Origin: Promethearchaeota archaeon
GTDB lineage: Archaea; Asgardarchaeota; Lokiarchaeia; Sigyniarchaeales; SOKP01
Assembly: GCA_019058445.1 (NCBI GenBank)
Contig: JAHPZA010000006.1
Span: forward strand, 705,063-769,062
Direction of reading: 5' to 3'
Length of the DNA stretch: 64,000 bases
The notes beneath the pieces are model-generated. The model saw only the letters and a list, made by a program, of their open reading frames with translations, was not told the DNA's origin and searched no databases. Positions 27,400 to 34,914 of this stretch are shown here, piece after piece (the first letter of the stretch is position 1; every line of letters starts with the position of its first letter). Position numbers and translations under genes: made by a program.

Positions 27400-28617
27400 G
27401 TGAAATCAATCAGACTATTTCGTATCCCAGAATTATTCATTAATGCCATTAAAAACCAAGCATTATCAAGTAAACAAGAGATATATGGCTGGTTATTGGG
27501 ATACCAAAGAGAAGATATCCCTAATGTGTTAGCCATTATAGAATGCACTCGATTTGAACAACAATCTGTCATAAGTGCAGTTCCAGATGTTAAAGAGTTC
27601 CATGAACTTAGTTCAGTTATGCCCCAGGGCATAGGTACTATAGGTATTTATCACTCTCATCCATTCTCTAGTGAAGTTTTTCACAGTCATACTGATGACA
27701 CAACTCTCATTAGCTTAAGTAATCAATTTCCTAACTGTGTGTCCTTAGTTACAAATGGAAAACAAATCAACTTTTATCAGATGGGAAAAAATAGCAAAAT
27801 AAAGGAGATTAAGGCAAAAATAATTACTTCTGAAATTCCAAAATTCTTATTAGTTAACTTGAATGAGCATTTTGTAATCAAGATAAATAAGAATATCTTA
27901 CAGGATATAAATAATGATAAGAACTTGAAAGTTAGAATTGTTAATGCAATGAGTAACTATTTAAAAAATATTTGGGATGAATTGAAATTATTTTTAAGGA
28001 ATTCCAGAATATTTGAAAATACTACTATAAAAAAATATTTAGTAGATCAATTAACAAAACAGCCGCTTCAACTTAAGATCCCCTCACATCCGCAAAATAA
28101 AAAACTAAATCAACTCATAATAAGCAATAATGAAAAACTAATTTCTAAAGCAGATCTTATAAATGATGATTATGTACCTTTTACCTTAGATTTGAGTTTA
28201 AAAATTCCAATTTACCAAAGCAATGAAAATAATACTTTTGGAGACTTAAGTCACATCATCAAATCTGAAATTATTAGTAATAACTTACTTCAAAAAGTAT
28301 ACCATTCAGTTATCGATTTTAAAACTCGAAAGATAATTCCTCCAAAAGAATATCATCTAAATTTTTTTGGATTTTATATAAAAATTCTTTGTTTTAACGA
28401 TCAAGAATTAAATGAATTACAATTTTCGCAGAAATATTTTGAGTTTCTTAAGAAGATCTTAGCTATGTTTTATTCTTTTGAAAAAATTGATTTGTCTAAG
28501 AAAATAAAAAGCCATATTATGGCATTCCTTCACGACGTAAAGAAAGTCTCTCAAAATTTCTTATGGCATAATGAAATAATAAATATTATCAAAAATCTTG
28601 AAAAAATAATATCTTAA
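27400..28617 (+). CDS. JAMM/MPN+ metalloprotease (Rpn11/JAB1-type isopeptidase) with a ~270-aa uncharacterised C-terminal extension
   Basis: The GTG start lies 4 nt after the E1 stop and is required to include the conserved Glu (SSKQEIYGWLLG, E27). The metal motif is GIYHSHPFSSEVFHSHTDD, i.e. H85-x-H87-x8-S96-x2-D99, one residue longer than the canonical HxHx7Sx2D. I recognise no motif in aa 135-405. Confidence 0.75.
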   Translation: MKSIRLFRIPELFINAIKNQALSSKQEIYGWLLGYQREDIPNVLAIIECTRFEQQSVISAVPDVKEFHELSSVMPQGIGTIGIYHSHPFSSEVFHSHTDDTTLISLSNQFPNCVSLVTNGKQINFYQMGKNSKIKEIKAKIITSEIPKFLLVNLNEHFVIKINKNILQDINNDKNLKVRIVNAMSNYLKNIWDELKLFLRNSRIFENTTIKKYLVDQLTKQPLQLKIPSHPQNKKLNQLIISNNEKLISKADLINDDYVPFTLDLSLKIPIYQSNENNTFGDLSHIIKSEIISNNLLQKVYHSVIDFKTRKIIPPKEYHLNFFGFYIKILCFNDQELNELQFSQKYFEFLKKILAMFYSFEKIDLSKKIKSHIMAFLHDVKKVSQNFLWHNEIINIIKNLEKIIS

Positions 28618-28711
28618 AGAAAAAAATAGAAGCATAAAATTACAAAAATTAAAATATATTAAAGTAAATTATATACAAATAAAGAGAAAAACCCGAGGGT
28701 AAGGATTTAGA

Positions 28712-29524
28712 ATGTCGCAACCAGAATTGAATACGATTTATTTCGTAAATAAATTTGGCTCTGAAAAAAAACAAATACCGTTCCCTGTTGCCCCTAATAT
28801 TAAATTGATGGATATTATTCCAGAAATTTCAAGAAAATTTGGAATTTCTTCACAAAATGTATGTGTTGCTAACATTGGAGGCCAAGTTCTCACAACCACA
28901 GATTTATTGATCCCAATTAGTGAATTAGTAAATAAATTCGGAAACACTTTCGATATCATAGATCGAGGCATTGTAGGTTCAAAATCACATGATATTAGTT
29001 GGCAGCGATCTATTCTTGACGAATTAATTCAAGAATTTCCTGAGAAATGGGAATCTGTTGGACCAAAACATCCCGCATGGAAAGATCGCGTCAAACTTGA
29101 AATCGAAAAGATCCTCAAATATATTAATTACTTAAAAATGACACAGAACAAACCATGGTTTAAATTGTTTCCCGAGAAAAATCCCCGCTATAATTATTTA
29201 ATATGGAACGGTAATTTACTTGTTCCAGAGCGCCCGGAAATTAATTTTGATATAAAGGTTCTCCTAACCTCAGAATATCCTAAAGTTTGTCCGAGATGTT
29301 TTGCAGAATCAAATATCATTGATTATTGTGGGAAAATATTTTTAAAAAATATTTGGGAACAGGACAATAAGAAATATGTAATGATTTGCCACGAGCACAT
29401 GTCAAATACACATGCTTGGAAGGAAAATCTCGGTATCGTTCATTTTTTTATAAGGCAAGTGTGGATTTGGTGGGCTGCTCAACAGAATGTAATAATTGAA
29501 GAATATGATAAAAAAAAATGTTGA
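28712..29524 (+). CDS. UFM1-like ubiquitin-fold domain (aa 1-89, 28712..28978, ending ...IIDRGIVG) fused in frame to a full-length UFC1-like E2 (aa 90-270, 28979..29524)
   Basis: - Ubl part: ...FPVAPNIKLMDIIPEISRKFGISSQNVCVANIGGQVLTTTDLLIPISELVNKFGNTFDIIDRGIVG|SK vs human UFM1 ...[61 protein letters not shown]|SC.
- E2 part, first block: GPKHPAWKDRVKLEIEKILKYINYLKMTQNKPWFKLFPEKN vs UFC1 [41 protein letters not shown].
- E2 part, second block: VMICHEHMSNTHAWKENLGIVHFFIRQVWIWWAA vs [35 protein letters not shown].
- The candidate catalytic residue is Cys226 (29387..29389).
- The human sequences are recalled from memory. Confidence 0.85.
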   Translation: MSQPELNTIYFVNKFGSEKKQIPFPVAPNIKLMDIIPEISRKFGISSQNVCVANIGGQVLTTTDLLIPISELVNKFGNTFDIIDRGIVGSKSHDISWQRSILDELIQEFPEKWESVGPKHPAWKDRVKLEIEKILKYINYLKMTQNKPWFKLFPEKNPRYNYLIWNGNLLVPERPEINFDIKVLLTSEYPKVCPRCFAESNIIDYCGKIFLKNIWEQDNKKYVMICHEHMSNTHAWKENLGIVHFFIRQVWIWWAAQQNVIIEEYDKKKC

Positions 29525-29758
29525 CACCTTCTCTATTTTACTCATTTAATTAAAATTGTAGAGATAAAAATGATTAAAGAAATTAGGCGGTTTAACAATA
29601 CCAACTAATCTATAAGGTTCTGCTTACTCTTTGATGAAGATATTAACTATTGACCAAGAAATTGAATTTTAAAATCTAATAGATCTCAAGTAGTAAAAAT
29701 TATAAAAAAAATAATAAAAATTTACTTTTATATTTTAAAATTTGGAAGTCATCCAATT

Positions 29759-30403
29759 TTATACCCACTGTAAAATCACAGCAAATACTATATGGCATGA
29801 AAAAGCGATAAGTAAACTTACTCCTGCCAAAATTTTTTTTTCATTAAGGTTGAGTTTATCGTAAAGCCATGCTAATATAAGATTCGGAATCGTCCACCAT
29901 AATAATATAATGTAAATATGGGGCCAACTCCACCACCAGTATTCCCAGACTAAAATTCCCGCCCAAACTAATAATAACTCTACTATAACTCCACTTACAC
30001 CCCAAGTAATTGGCAGGAATATCCGGTTAGGAATACCAAAAATCTTTTCATCCTTATTTTTAGGTAATCCCTTAAGGTTTAACATTCCGATTACTGCAGC
30101 TAAGAGAGCTATCTCAATATTCCATCCTACATAGATAACGTAAGCAGAGTTACCAGGAGTCGTCCAAAGTGCAGAATACTGAGTGAAGTGGAGAACGAGG
30201 GCGTTAACAATTTCTAATACAACTCCACAGATGGCAAACCAATAGATCCCCATATACACCGCGCCACTATTTCCTTTCTCAAGCTCATTGCGATAAATAT
30301 ACATAACGAATACAAGTAAGGGTATCACATACCACTGTAAATTGTCAGCAACCCTGAGATTATCCAAGGCCATTTGACTTGCTTCAGTTACCATTATAAC
30401 CAC
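29759..30403 (-). CDS. Hypothetical polytopic membrane protein (Trp-rich, ~6 TM)
   Basis: Hydrophobicity pattern only. Confidence 0.4.
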   Translation of the reverse strand: MVIMVTEASQMALDNLRVADNLQWYVIPLLVFVMYIYRNELEKGNSGAVYMGIYWFAICGVVLEIVNALVLHFTQYSALWTTPGNSAYVIYVGWNIEIALLAAVIGMLNLKGLPKNKDEKIFGIPNRIFLPITWGVSGVIVELLLVWAGILVWEYWWWSWPHIYIILLWWTIPNLILAWLYDKLNLNEKKILAGVSLLIAFSCHIVFAVILQWV

Positions 30404-30504
30404 TAAAAAATCTTAGTATATTAAATATTTATTTTTTGTTTAAATGTGTTAATAGTATTTTATTTAATTGAATTTTCAAAATTTTTATTTACAATCTTTT
30501 TTAG

Positions 30505-31512
30505 ATGTATATTATGAAATTAAGAATTGGTTTAATTGGCGCAGGGGGTTTTGGAACCCTTCATTTATCCGGTTATAAAAAGAATGAAAACTGTGAATTA
30601 ATAGCAGTAGCATCTAGAACTGAGAAACATGCAAAAGAGGCGGCTAAAAAATTTGATATCCCCAAGTATTATTGTGGTGATGATTGGACTAAGATGTTAG
30701 AAGAAAACAATTTAGATGCAGTCTCAATTTGTTCCCCTAACTATCTACATGCTCCCATGACTATCGAGGCGATAAAAAATAATGTTAATATCCTATGTGA
30801 GAAGCCGATTTGTATTTCGGAAAAAGAATTAGAAGAAATTGAAATAATGTTGAAATCAAAAGAATTAATTTACTTTAGTTCTTTTCAAAAAAGATATATT
30901 GGGCTTTTTAGTAAAATAAAGGCCATTATTGATAATAAAGCATTAGGAGAAATCAATTTGGTTAGACATTTTTTTAGCCACTATGGGCCTTATACTTCTT
31001 GGAAACCTTTGTCCGAGCAGAAATGGTTTTTTGACTCTGAATTAGCTGGAGGAGGTGTATTACTAGACCTCGGGGTTCATTGTATAGATATCCTCCGCTA
31101 TATGCTGGGTGAATTTCATGAAGTTGAGGGCTATAGTTGGAACACATCATGCAAAAAAATAAAAAATGAAGATAATGGCAATGTACTCGTTCGTTTCAAG
31201 AATAATTCACTTGGCATAATAAGTGTTTCATGGTGTAATGAACCTATGGAACACCTTGAGTTATATGGAACCAAGGGAACCTTAAAAATCAACCCACACT
31301 CCACTAATCCACTCTCATTTGCGCCAAAAAAGTTAAAAAGAAATAAATTTATCAAGAACGCATTAGAATATAAGCCAACAAGCGATATCGCTCAGCATTT
31401 ATTGATAGATCATTTTATTGACTGTATTTTAAAGGGGAAACAAGAACACCCCGATTTTAATGATGGCAAACGAGCCACCGAATTTGTCTTAAAAGCATAT
31501 TCATTAAAATAA
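30505..31512 (+). CDS. Gfo/Idh/MocA-family NAD(P)-dependent oxidoreductase
   Basis: MKLRIGLIGAGGFGTLHLSGY (Rossmann fold), the ILCEKPI motif, and a C-terminal alpha/beta oligomerisation domain. The likely start is ATG 30514. Confidence 0.75.
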   Translation: MYIMKLRIGLIGAGGFGTLHLSGYKKNENCELIAVASRTEKHAKEAAKKFDIPKYYCGDDWTKMLEENNLDAVSICSPNYLHAPMTIEAIKNNVNILCEKPICISEKELEEIEIMLKSKELIYFSSFQKRYIGLFSKIKAIIDNKALGEINLVRHFFSHYGPYTSWKPLSEQKWFFDSELAGGGVLLDLGVHCIDILRYMLGEFHEVEGYSWNTSCKKIKNEDNGNVLVRFKNNSLGIISVSWCNEPMEHLELYGTKGTLKINPHSTNPLSFAPKKLKRNKFIKNALEYKPTSDIAQHLLIDHFIDCILKGKQEHPDFNDGKRATEFVLKAYSLK

Positions 31513-31561
31513 TATGAAAAATCTTGAGTTTATTTTTTTTCATTCTTTTTTCATAATAATT

Positions 31562-32491
31562 CTAAACCATGATATCCTTAAACCTTGGAAATAAAGCAAG
31601 CGTATTTTTTTGAAAAATTTTCATAAGAACTTCCCGATCAAACCCATAATTTTGAAGACCCTCATTCATTAGTTTTACTACCTTTTCGGGTAAAAATGGG
31701 TAATCACTGCCAAATACAACTTGAGTTGGTTCTACTAAGTTCATCAGGGAACTTAATGCATATGGGGTTCCGGAAACAGCGGTGTCATAATAAAAGTGTT
31801 TTAATTGATTAATTATCTTTTTATTTCCAAAAGTAATCCTCCACGTGATAAAGGGAGCCGTTCCTCCTGCATGGGAAAAAATAAATTGGATATCTGGAAA
31901 TCGTTTCGTCGCACCTCTATGTATAAGATTAGCAATAGCTCTTGTAGTATCGAATACAAATTCTAATACCGCAGGTTTAATTATCGTAGGCAGAGTATCT
32001 AAAGGTGGCACGTTTGGATGGACGAAAACTACGACTTTCCTACGATTTAGCTCAAAAAAAAGCTCTTCATAATAATTATCTCCTATATAGATTCCCTTAA
32101 AATTTGTAAGTAAAACAACACCATCCAAGTTTAAAGTATCCAACGCATATTCTAACTCAAGGATAGATGCTTCTATGTCTGGAAGGGGCAATGTAGCAAA
32201 GGCTCCAAATCTATTTGGGTATTTGCTTACTATACTAGCAGAAATCTCATTACACTGTCGAGCAAGTTTTTTAGTAAATTTACTATCTCCAAAGTAGATT
32301 CCTGGCGCAGAAATCGAAGTAATAGATGCAGAAATTCCTCGGCGATCCATGAAAGCAAGAGTGCTTTCAATATCCCATTGAGGAAATGGTTCACCAACAG
32401 CATTTTTTATACCAACTGAAGCTAAAGCAGCAAGATATTCTTTTGGTACAATATGATGATGAACATCAATTCTATGAGATTCAATAGACAT
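31562..32491 (-). CDS. Amidohydrolase-2 family protein (ACMSD/LigW-type metal-dependent hydrolase or decarboxylase)
   Basis: N-terminal IDVHHHIVPKEYL (the HxH metal ligands), then VFVHPN, FSHAGG and GSDYPF, matching the PF04909-type pattern. Confidence 0.7.
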   Translation of the reverse strand: MSIESHRIDVHHHIVPKEYLAALASVGIKNAVGEPFPQWDIESTLAFMDRRGISASITSISAPGIYFGDSKFTKKLARQCNEISASIVSKYPNRFGAFATLPLPDIEASILELEYALDTLNLDGVVLLTNFKGIYIGDNYYEELFFELNRRKVVVFVHPNVPPLDTLPTIIKPAVLEFVFDTTRAIANLIHRGATKRFPDIQFIFSHAGGTAPFITWRITFGNKKIINQLKHFYYDTAVSGTPYALSSLMNLVEPTQVVFGSDYPFLPEKVVKLMNEGLQNYGFDREVLMKIFQKNTLALFPRFKDIMV

Positions 32492-32500
32492 TTTTCCCTT

Positions 32501-33583
32501 TTAATCCAATGTATTTATAGGATAATGTCCATACTTTTCAATTGCCCTTGGAATCGCTAATATATTAGGGATAGGTACTCCCCATGGTAAACTACAGACG
32601 GGACAACAAATATATCTTCCACCAGGAGCCAAGTTCAAAATGTTTTCTTTTACCTTTTCTTCCACATCAGAGGGAGTTCCTGTAAGTAATTCTCGACTTA
32701 CATCAATATTAGCACCAATGATAGTAACTTTAGGAAATCTCTTTTTAAAATCAATCCAAAATTCAATGTCTAAAGGATGAGACCCATTAATTGCAATAAA
32801 ATCGATTTCCTTAAAGACTTCATCAATGTACGGTGAAGTTCCACAATTATGAAGCATAAAGGGAACGTTAATTTTCTTCATCATTCTTTTAATAAATTGT
32901 CCCTCATATTTCATTGCGTCTGGAAAGCTCATCATATGTTTATTAAATGAATACCCTGCGATAAACACATTGGGAGGCATACCCACAATCTCAAGCCAAT
33001 TTTCATAGATATCCATTTGAGATTCATATATCCTTTCGCATAGTTTTAACAACAATTCTGGATCGCGGCGCATATCCTTATAAGCTTCAATACCACGCAA
33101 TTCTTGCACGACAGACCATATACTCAAACTGATTACTTGTGGAAATTGAGTTTTTTCATTAATCAGTTTTGCTGCTTCTAAGGAATTTTTCCATAGATTA
33201 TTCTTACCATGGTCAGGAATTTCCAACTTTTCAATATCTTCTTCGGTTTTACAAATTTCTCCCTGTTTAACCATTAATGTTTGATAATCAAACCATTTTA
33301 TTACATCTAATCTATTGTTGGCTTCCGCAAATGCTAGCCCTTCACTCGGACCCGCATATGCAGAGGGAACATTTATAGAATCAGCATTTAAAAATTCAAA
33401 TGTCTGAATAATGGCATTAGCATATATTTTTGGGGAACTATATAATTCTCTCACAGTTTTCCCCGTAACTCGACAAATCATTTGTTCCCCGGCGAAAGCA
33501 AGAAACGGAACTTTATCGATTCTTTTTGATCCTGATATTGTCCTAAATATTCTATTTACTGAACCAACCCAATCATGACCCAT
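32501..33583 (-). CDS. Uroporphyrinogen-decarboxylase-family protein, MtaA/MtbA-like corrinoid methyltransferase candidate
   Basis: The length (360 aa) and the N-terminal R...D-x-V-P-h...(VPFLAFAGEQ) pattern fit the URO-D fold. It is immediately adjacent to, and co-directional with, a corrinoid protein gene. Confidence 0.55.
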   Translation of the reverse strand: MGHDWVGSVNRIFRTISGSKRIDKVPFLAFAGEQMICRVTGKTVRELYSSPKIYANAIIQTFEFLNADSINVPSAYAGPSEGLAFAEANNRLDVIKWFDYQTLMVKQGEICKTEEDIEKLEIPDHGKNNLWKNSLEAAKLINEKTQFPQVISLSIWSVVQELRGIEAYKDMRRDPELLLKLCERIYESQMDIYENWLEIVGMPPNVFIAGYSFNKHMMSFPDAMKYEGQFIKRMMKKINVPFMLHNCGTSPYIDEVFKEIDFIAINGSHPLDIEFWIDFKKRFPKVTIIGANIDVSRELLTGTPSDVEEKVKENILNLAPGGRYICCPVCSLPWGVPIPNILAIPRAIEKYGHYPINTLD

Positions 33584-33601
33584 TTTATCTCAACACCTAT
33601 T

Positions 33602-34243
33602 CTAGATTTTAATTAAATTATTTATTTTTTTAACTCCTTCCCATCCATCTTTAGCAAAATCATCTGCTCCTATCATTTCACATGATTCTTTTGACAGAAT
33701 TCCTCCGCCAACTATAATTCGCGACGGAATGTTTTCATTCTTTAGTAAATTGACTGTTTCCTGCATTTTTGAGATACTCATTGTCATTAAACCACTTATT
33801 CCTATAATAACGGGATTTATCTCTTTTGCTTTTCGAAGAAATTCTTCTGGTGGAACATCCGACCCTAAATCAACAATATCATAACCTTGTCCTTGTAATA
33901 ATGAGATCACTAAACTTTTGCCTATATCATGGACATCTCCCTCTGCTGTTCCAATCAAAATTTTACCCTTAGACTGTATTTCGGATTTCTCATTTAATGA
34001 ATTCATAAGTATTTCAGTCGCAGCATTAAGGGCATCACCAGTCATTAGTAAATCTGCAAGAAAAAATTCCTCTTTTTCGTATAAATTTCCCGCTACTTCA
34101 GCACCTTTAACGATTGCTTTATTCAAAATTTCTTTGGAATTTATTCCTAATTTAATACATTCATTCATTATTTCAATTGCTTTGTGAGGATCTCCTTCCA
34201 CAATCGCGTTTTTTAACTTTTCTAACAAATCTCCTTCTTTCAT
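33602..34243 (-). CDS. Cobalamin (corrinoid)-binding protein, MtaC/MtbC-like
   Basis: An N-terminal helical cap, then AEGDVHDIGKSLV (the DxHxxG motif), SGLMT and VGGG in the B12-binding Rossmann domain. Confidence 0.8.
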   Translation of the reverse strand: MKEGDLLEKLKNAIVEGDPHKAIEIMNECIKLGINSKEILNKAIVKGAEVAGNLYEKEEFFLADLLMTGDALNAATEILMNSLNEKSEIQSKGKILIGTAEGDVHDIGKSLVISLLQGQGYDIVDLGSDVPPEEFLRKAKEINPVIIGISGLMTMSISKMQETVNLLKNENIPSRIIVGGGILSKESCEMIGADDFAKDGWEGVKKINNLIKI

Positions 34244-34253
34244 GATAATTATC

Positions 34254-34571
34254 TTAAATTTTTTTATAATTTAGTAAGAATTCGATAAATAATATTGAAA
34301 ATACAATATCAACACCTGCAAATAGGTGGGTCAGTAGACCGATTTCACCTATAATAAAGTAGATAAGGCTAATAAAGAAATACTCTATCCCGAGATTGGC
34401 AAATAAAAATAAAAATGATTGAAGCCAAATCATACTAATAGGCACTGTAATCCCGTAAGCGGGGAATGCCGATAAATTAAAAATAGATGTAAGGATAAAA
34501 CTCAAGGAAATTAAAATATTCCAAGCTGCCCCAATGATAAATAAATATTTGTAATGATTTTTCTTATCCAC
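34254..34571 (-). CDS. Small hypothetical membrane protein (3-4 TM)
   Basis: Hydrophobic ORF located 10 nt downstream of the corrinoid protein gene on the same strand. Confidence 0.35.
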   Translation of the reverse strand: MDKKNHYKYLFIIGAAWNILISLSFILTSIFNLSAFPAYGITVPISMIWLQSFLFLFANLGIEYFFISLIYFIIGEIGLLTHLFAGVDIVFSILFIEFLLNYKKI

Positions 34572-34914
34572 TTTTTTGCACTAAAAGATTTCTTTTTAGG
34601 TTATATAATATGATCTGAATGTTTTTCTTTATATAGATTACCAAAATTTTTTAAGATTATAAATAGTGCTAATAATTATTTCTCTAAATAAATGGTCCAT
34701 TCCGGTTTCAATATGTAAAATTGATCAATTGCATCTTTCATAGTTTTTCGGCATATTTCGATTTCTTTCATAGTTATTTTATTGGTGATTTTTTTCACCT
34801 TTCTCTATTGAATAGATGTTATTTATACCTATTTAATCTTTAAATTGATTAAAATCTATTATAAATGATCAATTCTTTTGTCAAAATTATTATAAATAGT
34901 AAAAACGAAATTTA

